A stretch of DNA of 64,000 nt from Actinomycetota bacterium (GTDB taxonomy: Bacteria; Actinomycetota; Actinomycetes; S36-B12; UBA5976), in assembly GCA_026392515.1 (NCBI GenBank), contig JAPLBY010000021.1:4606-68605 (forward strand), written 5' to 3'. The notes beneath the pieces were generated by a model. That model was given only the letters and a program-made list of their open reading frames with translations, was not told the DNA's origin and did not search any database. Both the position numbers and the translations under genes were made by a program. Each line of letters starts with the position of its first letter. Position 1 is the stretch's first letter. Shown one piece after another: positions 40,328 to 49,540 of the stretch.

Positions 40328-40832
40328 TTTTCGATCCTGACCCAAACGGGACAGGCAATGACAAACTTTGATTGAGCGTTAGTCCAAGAAACTGTCGGTG
40401 AATACTGCGAATAACGCCCGCGTGTGTTACCGCAACATGATTCATCGTTCGATCCAGATCCGTGTACCAATCAAAAATTCGGGAATCAAATTGCATTAGT
40501 GACTCTCCTTGATGCAAGTTAGAAAATCCAGAAGCAATCCAGTCGTCAATAAGTGCTGCTCCAATGGCATCCCACTCTTGCATTTCCCAAACTCCAAAAT
40601 CTAGTTCAGTGAGCCTTTCGTCAACGACGAGTTCCAAGCCAAGGGTAAATTGCAAATTCTTTGCCAAATTTAGGCACCTGCTTAATGGGCTTGTCCAAAT
40701 GGTGCTTGCAACTGGGGGTTCTTCAGGCAAACGCAAATCTGCTATGTCGAACGAGGCTGGCACATCGGTCGCGCCATAGCAAATTCCTGCAACATGGAAT
40801 GGCTTCAAATGTCTTATTAATACAAGGTCCAT
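40314..40832 (-). CDS. cobC: Alpha-ribazole phosphatase (histidine phosphatase family)
   Basis: Motifs MDLVLIRH, GICYGATDV, TSPLSRC, ELDFGVWE and VTHAGVIR. Probable start is 40832; the longer ORF overlaps cobS. Confidence 0.85.
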   Translation of the reverse strand: MDLVLIRHLKPFHVAGICYGATDVPASFDIADLRLPEEPPVASTIWTSPLSRCLNLAKNLQFTLGLELVVDERLTELDFGVWEMQEWDAIGAALIDDWIASGFSNLHQGESLMQFDSRIFDWYTDLDRTMNHVAVTHAGVIRSIHRQFLGLTLNQSLSLPVPFGSGSKITLV

Positions 40833-41548
40833 GCACATACCGAAATATAAAATATAACTTCTGTTATTTGCTGGGTGGCGCCTAGTAAGTCTCCGGTGTA
40901 GCCACCAATTCTGATTTTCATGCGATATGCCAAGTACTGACGAGCAACAAAAGTGGTAGCAATTGCAATAAGGCAGGCCTGCCATGGCAGCAGTAGCAAG
41001 GAAAGGGCAGCCGTCGCTAACGCAAATAAGAATTGCTTAGTGGTCATACCATCGGAAATTGGCTTACTTTTTCCCTCAAATCGAACATAATCGTGGGTGT
41101 ACGTGATCGAGATAGCTATGAACCTGCTAACAGTATGGCCCGCAATCATGGCACCAACTAAGTGATCCACGGGAATGGCGGATAGCGTCTGTGCCTTGAG
41201 TGCTAGCGTCACCACTAGCGCGATTGCACCATAGGAGCCCACTCGAGAGTCTTGCATAATTCGCAAGACATCCTCCTTAGTCCAGCCACCTCCTAATCCA
41301 TCAGCAGAATCAGCAAGTCCGTCTTCATGGAAACCACCCGTAACAAGTATTGTTGCAATGATCGAAAGCCAAATAGTTAGCTGTATCGGTAACAATTGAT
41401 TTAGTATCACGAAAACTAGTGCTGATATGCCACCTACTATCACTCCGACGGCAGGGAAATAATGTGCCGTTGAATTAAGTGGAAGTGCCAATGCCCGATC
41501 TGGAACTCTAATGCGGGTAAGGAATCCGAGTGCACCAAGAAATTTCAT
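40817..41548 (-). CDS. cobS: Adenosylcobinamide-GDP ribazoletransferase (cobalamin synthase)
   Basis: Motifs FLTRIRV, TGGFHEDGLADSADG, IMQDSRVG and GGYTGDLLGA. Probable start is 41548. Confidence 0.92.
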   Translation of the reverse strand: MKFLGALGFLTRIRVPDRALALPLNSTAHYFPAVGVIVGGISALVFVILNQLLPIQLTIWLSIIATILVTGGFHEDGLADSADGLGGGWTKEDVLRIMQDSRVGSYGAIALVVTLALKAQTLSAIPVDHLVGAMIAGHTVSRFIAISITYTHDYVRFEGKSKPISDGMTTKQFLFALATAALSLLLLPWQACLIAIATTFVARQYLAYRMKIRIGGYTGDLLGATQQITEVIFYISVCAWTLY

Positions 41549-41552
41549 ACTG

Positions 41553-42593
41553 CTACTGATCTTCACTTTTAGCAGTAGAGACCGAGGCAGATTCAAAGGT
41601 TGCCATTTCACATAAAATTTCTGACGCAGCTTTAACAATGGGGAATGCTAATGCCGCCCCAGAACCTTCACCTAGGCAAAGATCTAATGAAAGAATCTGG
41701 GTTCCGTGCAAGTGATCAAGTGCGATTCGATGCCCTGGTTCTCGAGATAAATGGGAGTAAATCAGGTAATCGGCGACATTTGGCTCTATCGCAACAGCAA
41801 TTAGCGCGGCAGAGGTCGTGATGTAACCATCCACGAGTATGGCGCATCCACTTTGCGCAGCTGCAAAAATAATTCCAACTAGTGCCGCAATTTCAAGTCC
41901 CCCAAATTTGCGCAGCACAGTCAAAGGCTCATGCTCTCGACCATGAAATTCGATCGCGGCCTCAAGTATTTGCTGTTTTTCTATAAGCGCCTGATCCCCT
42001 AATCCAGTTCCACGACCTACACATATATCAATTGGGAAACCTGTCATTATCGAAGTAATCACTGCTGCGGCTGAAGTATTTCCAATTCCCATCTCACCTA
42101 GTAACACAAAATTAGTGCCAGTCTCAATGCAGGCAATTGCTCGTTCATGACCCAACGCAATTGCAGCCTCACACTGAATTGACGTCATAGCATCCTTCGA
42201 CGAAAAGTCCTGTGTTGAGTTAGCTATCGGAAGATTTAAATTTACGAGATTCTCAATTGTCGATACGTCAACTCCGGCATTAACAATTTCGACTTGCAGC
42301 CCAAATGATTTAGCCAGGACATTAATAGCTGCACCACCATTTTTGAAATTAAGTAGCATCTGAGCAGTGACTTCAGCTGGGTAAGCAGAAACACCCCTCT
42401 GAGTGATCCCATGATTACCTGCACAAATAAATACAACTGGTTTTGAAATACGCGGTGTCTTTGTTTGATAAATAACACCTAGCTGCAGAGCAAGTGTTTC
42501 GACTATCCCTAAACTAGCCAGTGGTTTGGTCTTTTGATCAATTTCTGCCTGAATTATTCTTGCAATTGACTTATTTGTTTCAGCAATCCGCAT
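41553..42593 (-). CDS. cobT: Nicotinate-nucleotide--dimethylbenzimidazole phosphoribosyltransferase
   Basis: Motifs KTKPLASLG, GGAAIN, GEMGIGNT, GGLEIA, VDGYI and LGEGSGA. Confidence 0.92.
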   Translation of the reverse strand: MRIAETNKSIARIIQAEIDQKTKPLASLGIVETLALQLGVIYQTKTPRISKPVVFICAGNHGITQRGVSAYPAEVTAQMLLNFKNGGAAINVLAKSFGLQVEIVNAGVDVSTIENLVNLNLPIANSTQDFSSKDAMTSIQCEAAIALGHERAIACIETGTNFVLLGEMGIGNTSAAAVITSIMTGFPIDICVGRGTGLGDQALIEKQQILEAAIEFHGREHEPLTVLRKFGGLEIAALVGIIFAAAQSGCAILVDGYITTSAALIAVAIEPNVADYLIYSHLSREPGHRIALDHLHGTQILSLDLCLGEGSGAALAFPIVKAASEILCEMATFESASVSTAKSEDQ

Positions 42594-42630
42594 ATCTACT
42601 CCGATAAAAAATTCGACAAATGTTTGGCAA

Positions 42631-43716
42631 TTATTTGGGACTGGTTGTCACAAAGGGTGGCTTGGTTACCACTACTTCTAAATCTCTGCCACGAACATCA
42701 ACTAATAAAATGTCGCCCAAGGCTACATCTGGGGACAATAGCGCCAAGGCAATTCCTTTTTGCAAAGTCGGGGAAAATGTTCCACTGGTAGTTTCCCCAA
42801 CCACATCACCTGAAATTGTTTTTACTTGCATGTGACTGCGCGGGATTCCACGACCAGTTGCCAGAAGTCCCCAGGCCACTCGCTTTGCGCCTGCTGCTTT
42901 TTCCGCAGTCAAAGCTGCCTTACCGGAAAATTCAGGCTTATTCCAGCCCACGGCCCAGCCAGTTTTCGCTTGAACTGGACTAATTTCCGGATTGATATCT
43001 TGCCCGTGCAATACGTAACCCATTTCGGTGCGCAAAGTGTCACGGGCACCTAACCCACAAGGCAAGATTCCTAAATCCGTGCCAGCCTTCAACAGCGCAG
43101 CCCAAATTGCAACCAGACCTGCATTCTCAATGACCAGCTCGTAACCTGGCTCACCGGTGTAACCTGTGCGGCAAATACTTACTTCAAAGTCATTCCATTT
43201 AGCATCTACAAACGCCATGTAGTCACGATCGGTTGGTAAGCCAAGTGCACTTAACACCTTGCTGGCATTAGGTCCTTGCACTGCAATGATTCCCTGACTC
43301 AAGTGATTGTTCTCAATCACAATTCCAGCAGGCGCAAGGTTTTCAAGGTGCGCTACTACTGTGCTGGCATTTCCGGCGTTAGGAATAAATCGCACTTCCT
43401 CGTCACTAACCAAATACACAATCAAGTCATCGATTACTCCGCCAGACTCGTTGCAAAGCATGGAATACTGGGCTTGTCCTGGTTTGATGCGATCTAGCTC
43501 ATTCGTGAAAACCCTATTTGCAAATGCGTAGGCGCCCGTTCCCAAGATACGCACCTTACCCATGTGCGAGACATCGAATATCCCAACCGCAGTTCTAACT
43601 GCCGTATGTTCGGCTACCGTGCCTGCGGTGTATTCGATTGGCATATCCCAGCCGCCGAATGGACCCATCTTGGCGCCGAGGGACAAATGCGTTTCATGTA
43701 AGGGAACTAAGGACAT
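42631..43716 (-). CDS. gcvT: Glycine cleavage system aminomethyltransferase T
   Basis: Motifs FGGWDMP, FDVSHMG, RTGYTGE and GLGARDTLRTEMG. The ATG at 43716 lies 6 nt after TACGGT. Confidence 0.95.
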   Translation of the reverse strand: MSLVPLHETHLSLGAKMGPFGGWDMPIEYTAGTVAEHTAVRTAVGIFDVSHMGKVRILGTGAYAFANRVFTNELDRIKPGQAQYSMLCNESGGVIDDLIVYLVSDEEVRFIPNAGNASTVVAHLENLAPAGIVIENNHLSQGIIAVQGPNASKVLSALGLPTDRDYMAFVDAKWNDFEVSICRTGYTGEPGYELVIENAGLVAIWAALLKAGTDLGILPCGLGARDTLRTEMGYVLHGQDINPEISPVQAKTGWAVGWNKPEFSGKAALTAEKAAGAKRVAWGLLATGRGIPRSHMQVKTISGDVVGETTSGTFSPTLQKGIALALLSPDVALGDILLVDVRGRDLEVVVTKPPFVTTSPK

Positions 43717-43748
43717 AACCAAACCGTACTAGTACCGTTTGATGTGTG

Positions 43749-43829
43749 CCACCCCGACCAAGTCGACACGACTTGGTTTGTACCACCCCGACCAAGTCGA
43801 CACGACTTGGTTTGTACCACCCCGACCAA
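43749..43829. repeat. 34-bp tandem repeat (about 2.4 copies), each full unit with a 9-bp hairpin
   Basis: CCACCCCGACCAAGTCGACACGACTTGGTTTGTA occurs at 43749 and 43783, with a partial copy at 43817. The internal inverted repeat is ACCAAGTCG-aca-CGACTTGGT. Confidence 0.95.
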
Positions 43830-43860
43830 TCACTACTGCCTAGTTAATCCGGAGATCTCA

Positions 43861-45381
43861 ATGACCATCACAGTCACGCCAATTGTTCCATTGCTTAGTT
43901 ACAAAACTGGCAACCCATTGACTTCCTACGTCAATGCAGTTGTGGTTGGTTTATCAAGCGATGGTCAACTTTCGGTCGTATCGGATTCAATTTCGAAATC
44001 TGAAGCTACCAAAATTGTTGCTGCCTTCAAAGAGGTTGGTGCCACTGGTGCTTTGGATGAAGTAATCCGAATTCCTGCTGGCTCATTTGCTGATGCTGAA
44101 GTAATAGTTGGTGTGGGGCTTGGAAGCGCAAAGGCTGGAATCTCGCAGGAACGTTTGCGCCGAGCCGCCGGTAGCGCAGTGCGAAGTCTTGGTGGATTTA
44201 AGAAAGTAGCAATTGCAATAACCGCAGATGGGCCGCTTGAAGCTGGCGCACTTCTGGAAGGTGCTGCATTTGGTTCTTATTCATTTACAGAACATAGATC
44301 TGCAACATTGAAGAAAGCAAAGGCACCAGTTGCCTCAATCGCATTGTTTACCGCAAAGACTCGAACTGTTGAATATCGCGATGCGCTACACCGTGCTCAA
44401 GTGCTGTCAGAAGGAATTAATTTTGCTCGTAACTTGATTAATGCCTCACCACTGCACATGGCACCTGCCGATCTTGCTCGGGAAGCAAAGACGTTCTTGT
44501 CAGGCACCAAAGTAAAAGTTTATATTCTTGATGAGAAAGCACTTGCGGCTGGTGGGTATGGCGGAATTTTGGGCGTAGGTCAAGGGTCTACTCGCCCACC
44601 ACGTTTGATTCGGATGGAGTACCGTCCAAAAGGCGCCACCAAGCACGTGGCATTGGTTGGAAAAGGCATCACATTTGATACTGGCGGTATTTCACTTAAG
44701 CCACCAGCAAATATGCATCACATGAAAGATGACATGTCAGGCGCAGCTGCCGTAATTTCAACGATTCGCGCAATTGCAGATTTAGAACTCAATGTCTCGG
44801 TTACGGCTTACGCAGCTTGTGCGGAAAATATGCCAGGTGGTGGCGCACAGCGACCAGGCGATGTAGTTACAACTTACGGTGGTCGCACCATTGAAGTTCT
44901 TAATACTGACGCCGAAGGTCGCCTCGTGATGTCTGATGCGCTAGTTCGCGCCGCTGAAGACAAGCCAGACGTAGTTATTGACATCGCGACTTTGACCGGC
45001 GCTGCCGTAGTAGCCCTTGGACATCGCACTGCTGGAGTCATGGGTGATGCACAGGTTCGCGATGCCATAAAGGCAAGTGCCGATCGAGCTGGAGAAGAAT
45101 TTTGGCCTATGCCACTTCCCGAAGAACTCCGCTCCGAACTCGATTCTTTAGTTGCTGACATTGCCAATGTTGGATCCCGTGAAGGTGGAATGCTCTCCGC
45201 AGGCTGGTTCTTGAAGGATTTTGTTGCCGAAGGACTGCCGTGGGCTCACCTTGATGTAGCCGGGCCAGCATTTAACCCAGGCAAGCCGTGGGGCTACACC
45301 CATAAAGGCGGGGTTGGCTTTGGAATTAGAACTATGGTGGCCTTTGCCGAAGATGTCATGGACGGAACTGCTGAGATCTAG
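43861..45381 (+). CDS. pepA: Leucyl aminopeptidase (M17)
   Basis: Motifs VGKGITFDTGG, MKDDMSG, NTDAEGR and WAHLDVAG. A GGAGA RBS precedes the ATG at 43861. Confidence 0.95.
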   Translation: MTITVTPIVPLLSYKTGNPLTSYVNAVVVGLSSDGQLSVVSDSISKSEATKIVAAFKEVGATGALDEVIRIPAGSFADAEVIVGVGLGSAKAGISQERLRRAAGSAVRSLGGFKKVAIAITADGPLEAGALLEGAAFGSYSFTEHRSATLKKAKAPVASIALFTAKTRTVEYRDALHRAQVLSEGINFARNLINASPLHMAPADLAREAKTFLSGTKVKVYILDEKALAAGGYGGILGVGQGSTRPPRLIRMEYRPKGATKHVALVGKGITFDTGGISLKPPANMHHMKDDMSGAAAVISTIRAIADLELNVSVTAYAACAENMPGGGAQRPGDVVTTYGGRTIEVLNTDAEGRLVMSDALVRAAEDKPDVVIDIATLTGAAVVALGHRTAGVMGDAQVRDAIKASADRAGEEFWPMPLPEELRSELDSLVADIANVGSREGGMLSAGWFLKDFVAEGLPWAHLDVAGPAFNPGKPWGYTHKGGVGFGIRTMVAFAEDVMDGTAEI

Positions 45382-45474
45382 GCCACTCTTTTAGACCCGG
45401 ACTAACTTGTTTTTACTCCGCGTGAAAGACTTAAGGTAGCGTGGCAGCGCACTTAGGTTATTTGCGGAGGATTG

Positions 45475-46836
45475 ATGCACGACATCGTAATCTTGGGTGG
45501 CGGAAGCGGCGGATATGCTTGCGCGTTACGGGCATCACAACTGGGTCTTTCGGTTGTTCTAATCGAACAAGACAAATTGGGCGGCACCTGCTTGCACCGT
45601 GGTTGCATTCCAACAAAGGCATTGCTTCACGCAGCCGAAGTTGCTGATACCGCTCGCGAAGGTGAGCACATCGGAGTTCACAGCACATTCAACGGCATTG
45701 ACATGACAAAGGTCAATGACTACAAAGACGGCGTTATTGGTCGACTTTACAAAGGTCTACAAGGTTTAGTTAAGAGTCGCGACATTACTTATGTCGAAGG
45801 GTCTGGAAAACTAGTTGCACCAAATGCTGTTGAAGTAAATGGTCAGCGCTACGAAGGCAAGAATATTGTTTTAGCAACCGGTTCGTTCGCCCGATCAATT
45901 CCAGGATTGGAAATTTCTGGTCGAGTAATGACCAGTGATCAAGCCCTGCAAATTGATTATGTTCCACAAAGCGTAATCATTCTTGGTGGCGGAGTTATCG
46001 GAGTTGAATTCGCTTCCGTTTGGAAATCGTTCGGCGTTGATGTGACCATCATCGAAGGTCTACCAACACTTGTACCAGCTGAAGACGCTGCGGTTTCAAA
46101 GGCAATGGAACGTGCATATCGCAAGCGTGGAATTAATTTCAAAACTGGCGTTCGATTCCAGTCTGCTACTCAGGACGACAAGAGCGTGACGATCACCTTG
46201 GAATCTGGCGAAACCGTTTCTGCTGATTTGTTACTTGTTGCAGTTGGACGCGGACCTCGTACCGAGAATCTTGGCTATGAAGATCATGGTGTTGCTATGG
46301 AACGTGGCTTTGTATTAGCTAACGATCGCTTGGCCACAAATGTTGCCGGCGTTTTTGCAGTTGGCGACATCGTTCCAGGATTACAACTTGCACATCGTGG
46401 ATTCCAGCAAGGAATTTTTGTAGCTGAAGAAATTGCCGGGCTAGCCCCAGCCACAATCGATGAGCTGGGTATTCCTCGCGTTACATACAGTGAGCCAGAA
46501 ATCGCCAGCATAGGCCTAACTGAAGCGCAAGCTAAGGATAAGTACGGCGACATTGAGGCTTACGAATACAACTTGGGCGGAAATGGCAAGAGCCAAATTT
46601 TGGGAACAACAGGCTTTATCAAGCTAATTCGCAAGAAGAGTGACGGAATTGTCGTTGGAGTTCACATGATTGGTGCCCGCGTTGGCGAACTAATTGGTGA
46701 AGCGCAATTGGTCTATAACTGGGAAGGAACTGCCGAAGATGTGGCTCCCCTGGTTCATGCGCATCCAACCCAAAACGAAGCAATGGGAGAAGCGTTCATG
46801 GCGTTGGCGGGCAAGCCGCTCCATGCCCACGCTTAA
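45475..46836 (+). CDS. lpdA: Dihydrolipoyl dehydrogenase (E3)
   Basis: Motifs [19 protein letters not shown] and HAHPTQNE. Confidence 0.96.
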   Translation: MHDIVILGGGSGGYACALRASQLGLSVVLIEQDKLGGTCLHRGCIPTKALLHAAEVADTAREGEHIGVHSTFNGIDMTKVNDYKDGVIGRLYKGLQGLVKSRDITYVEGSGKLVAPNAVEVNGQRYEGKNIVLATGSFARSIPGLEISGRVMTSDQALQIDYVPQSVIILGGGVIGVEFASVWKSFGVDVTIIEGLPTLVPAEDAAVSKAMERAYRKRGINFKTGVRFQSATQDDKSVTITLESGETVSADLLLVAVGRGPRTENLGYEDHGVAMERGFVLANDRLATNVAGVFAVGDIVPGLQLAHRGFQQGIFVAEEIAGLAPATIDELGIPRVTYSEPEIASIGLTEAQAKDKYGDIEAYEYNLGGNGKSQILGTTGFIKLIRKKSDGIVVGVHMIGARVGELIGEAQLVYNWEGTAEDVAPLVHAHPTQNEAMGEAFMALAGKPLHAHA

Positions 46837-46877
46837 CCGATAACCTTAAGACAACTAGTAAAAGGAGTAACGGCACA

Positions 46878-48605
46878 GTGGCCACTACGGTATCAATGCC
46901 CCAACTGGGCGAAAGCGTCACCGAAGGAACTGTTACTCGTTGGCTAAAAGCTGTCGGCGACACCGTAACTGCCGATGAACCATTACTAGAAGTTTCTACT
47001 GACAAAGTAGACACCGAAATTCCATCACCAGTTAGTGGAGTACTAACCGAAATCATTGCTGGCGAAGATGCTGTAGTTCTGGTTGGCGGCGCACTTGCGG
47101 TCATCTCTGAATCTGGTACACCGGCTGCTGCAGCTCCAGTCCAGGCGACAGTTGCCACTCCCGAACCAGCGCCAGTGCCTGCTGCGGCCACACCTGAACC
47201 AGTTGTTGCCACTCCTGCTGCCCCTGCCCCGGTCACCGAAGCGTCGACACCAGCACCATCTGCCCCAGCAAGCGGTGGCCTTATCACGCCAGTTGTATTG
47301 CCTGCACTTGGTGAAAGTGTTACTGAAGGAACCGTTACTCGTTGGCTCAAGGACATTGGAGATTCGGTTGCAGCAGATGAAGCGCTACTCGAAGTTTCAA
47401 CCGACAAAGTCGATACCGAAATTCCATCACCAGTTGCTGGCATCTTGCTTGAGATCACAGTTGCTGAAGATGGCTTAGCTCTAGTTGGTGGACAACTAGG
47501 AACCATCGGTGCACTTTCCGGATCTGCTCCTGCAGCCCCAGCACCAACTGCGCCAGCCCCAGAACCAGTTGCGGCTTCCGTTCCTGCTTCTAATCCAGTT
47601 TCTGCACCTGTTTCTGTTACTGCGGCGGCTCCAGTTAACAACAGCAACGCTTATGCCACTCCACTTGTTCGCAAGATTGCTGCTGAGCGTGGCGTAGATC
47701 TTTCAACTGTGGTTGGCACCGGCGTTGGCGGTCGAATCCGCAAGGAAGACATTGTTTCTGCGCCTGCAACGCTTGCGCCAGTTGTAGTTAACGAAGCCCG
47801 TCCAGTTGAATCCAAGCCATTCGTTGCTCCTGCAGCTCCGGCTGCTGCGAAGCCTGCAACACCAGCGGCTCCAGCAAGTGAGCTTCGTGGCCGAACTGAA
47901 CCAATGACCAGACTTCGTAAAGTCATTGCCGAACGAATGGTTGAATCACTTCAAATTTCAGCGCAGTTAACTTCTGTTGTTGAAGTTGATGTGACTCGAA
48001 TTTCTTCACTTCGCAATCGTTCAAAGGTTGCTTTTGAATCCCGTGAGGGCGTCAAGCTTTCCTTCCTGCCATTCTTTGCCAAGGCTGCCTGTGAAGCACT
48101 CAAGCAATTCCCTAATGTGAATGCAACATTGGATCAAGAAGCCGGAACTGTTACTTACTTTGATGCTGAGCACATTGGCATCGCGGTAGACACTGAGCGC
48201 GGCTTACTTGTTCCAGTAATTCGGGATGCTGGTGACCTAAACATCGGTGGACTAGCTCGCAAAATCAATGACCTTGCAGAACGCACTCGCACCAATAAGT
48301 TGTCACCGGACGAGTTAAGTGGTGGTACTTTCACCATTACAAACACCGGAAGTCGTGGCGCACTTTTTGATACCCCAATCATCAACCAGCCACAGGTTGC
48401 AATTTTGGGAACTGGCGCAGTTGTAAAGCGTCCGGTTGTCACAACGGATGACACCGGTGCTGACGTAATCTCGGTTCGCCAAATGGTTTATCTTGCATTG
48501 ACTTACGATCGTCGCTTGGTTGATGGTGCGGATGCTGCTCGCTTCTTGTCGGCCATCAAGGCTCGATTGGAAGAAGGCGCATTTGAAGCAGATCTTGGTC
48601 TCTAG
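46878..48605 (+). CDS. sucB: 2-oxoacid dehydrogenase E2 (DlaT/SucB) with two lipoyl domains; catalytic motif reads DRRLVDG
   Basis: Two [14 protein letters not shown] lipoyl domains, E3-binding domain ATPLVRKIA...GGRIRKED, and a catalytic domain with GTFTITN and PIINQPQ. Confidence 0.93.
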   Translation: MATTVSMPQLGESVTEGTVTRWLKAVGDTVTADEPLLEVSTDKVDTEIPSPVSGVLTEIIAGEDAVVLVGGALAVISESGTPAAAAPVQATVATPEPAPVPAAATPEPVVATPAAPAPVTEASTPAPSAPASGGLITPVVLPALGESVTEGTVTRWLKDIGDSVAADEALLEVSTDKVDTEIPSPVAGILLEITVAEDGLALVGGQLGTIGALSGSAPAAPAPTAPAPEPVAASVPASNPVSAPVSVTAAAPVNNSNAYATPLVRKIAAERGVDLSTVVGTGVGGRIRKEDIVSAPATLAPVVVNEARPVESKPFVAPAAPAAAKPATPAAPASELRGRTEPMTRLRKVIAERMVESLQISAQLTSVVEVDVTRISSLRNRSKVAFESREGVKLSFLPFFAKAACEALKQFPNVNATLDQEAGTVTYFDAEHIGIAVDTERGLLVPVIRDAGDLNIGGLARKINDLAERTRTNKLSPDELSGGTFTITNTGSRGALFDTPIINQPQVAILGTGAVVKRPVVTTDDTGADVISVRQMVYLALTYDRRLVDGADAARFLSAIKARLEEGAFEADLGL

Positions 48606-48647
48606 TTTCAAGTCGCTCAATTCAAGATTTCGTAGCAAGGTAGAAGT

Positions 48648-49535
48648 ATGCGCATCGTAATTGGTGGTTCCTCAGGCCTAATTGGCACTGAATTAGTAGA
48701 TTCCCTTCGCAAGGACGGTCACGAAGTGCTTCGACTGGTTCGCAGAAAGCCAACCGCATCTTCGGAAATCTTCTGGAATCCCGCAGCTGGTGAACTGGAC
48801 TTTGCTGAGTTATCTGGTTGCAATGTGATTATCAATCTTGCTGGCGCTGGCGTTGGCGATAGCCGCTGGACTGACAAATACAAAGCGACGATCCTGTCAT
48901 CACGAGTGGACTCTACTTCCCTGCTAGCAAAAGCTGCAGCTGAAGTTAAACCGGAAGTTTTCATTGCAGGGAGTGCCATCGGTTGGTATGGCGAAACTGC
49001 TGATCGACAAGTAGACGAAACTACCCCGGCCGGCTCTGGCTTCCTTGCAGACGTTGTAGTGGCTTGGGAAAAAGCCACTGAACCAGCTAAGTCAGCTGGC
49101 GTTCGAGTTGTAAACATCAGAACTGGATTGGTTGCTGCAAAGAATGGTGGCGCCTGGAGTCGCTTACTTCCGATTTTCAAACTCGGTGCGGGCGGCAAAC
49201 TTGGTTCTGGTAAACAGTATTGGTCATTTATCTCAATGCGAGACGAGATTGCTGCAATTAAGTTTCTAATTGCGAATCCAAAAATCAGTGGCCCAGTTAA
49301 TCTCACAGCACCTGAGCCAGCAACCAATGCTGAAGTTACCAAAGCGATGTCTAAAGTCTTTAACCGTCCAGCGCTTTTACCAGTTCCAGCTTTTGCTTTG
49401 AAATCAATCCTCGGTGAGTTTTCCCAAGAGGTTCTAGGCAGCGCCCGCGTTATTCCTCGAGTTTTACTTGATGCCGGATTTGTCTTCCAAGATCCAAACA
49501 TCGAAAGCACAATGCGCACTCTGGCTACTAAGTAA
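48648..49535 (+). CDS. TIGR01777-family NAD-dependent epimerase/oxidoreductase
   Basis: Motifs GGSSGLIG, INLAGA, SAIGWYG, GSGKQYWSFI and GPVNLTAP. Confidence 0.88.
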   Translation: MRIVIGGSSGLIGTELVDSLRKDGHEVLRLVRRKPTASSEIFWNPAAGELDFAELSGCNVIINLAGAGVGDSRWTDKYKATILSSRVDSTSLLAKAAAEVKPEVFIAGSAIGWYGETADRQVDETTPAGSGFLADVVVAWEKATEPAKSAGVRVVNIRTGLVAAKNGGAWSRLLPIFKLGAGGKLGSGKQYWSFISMRDEIAAIKFLIANPKISGPVNLTAPEPATNAEVTKAMSKVFNRPALLPVPAFALKSILGEFSQEVLGSARVIPRVLLDAGFVFQDPNIESTMRTLATK

Positions 49536-49540
49536 GTTTC

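Noticed and set aside
40833-40985. Cys/His-rich N-terminal extension of CobC
   Set aside because: It overlaps cobS in another frame. The phosphatase fold begins at MDLVLIRH (40832).
43749-43829. Palindromic 34-bp repeat as a mini CRISPR array
   Set aside because: The units are directly adjacent and identical with no unique spacers, and no cas genes are in the window.
43744-43860. N-terminal extension of PepA (ORF from 43744)
   Set aside because: It runs through the tandem repeat, and the RBS and ATG at 43861 are a better start.
46796-47647. 283-aa antisense ORF with internal repeats
   Set aside because: It mirrors the Ala/Pro-rich linkers and duplicated lipoyl domains of the E2 gene.
48719-49519. 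266-aa antisense ORF
   Set aside because: It is a shadow of the well-supported TIGR01777 gene and has no motifs of its own.
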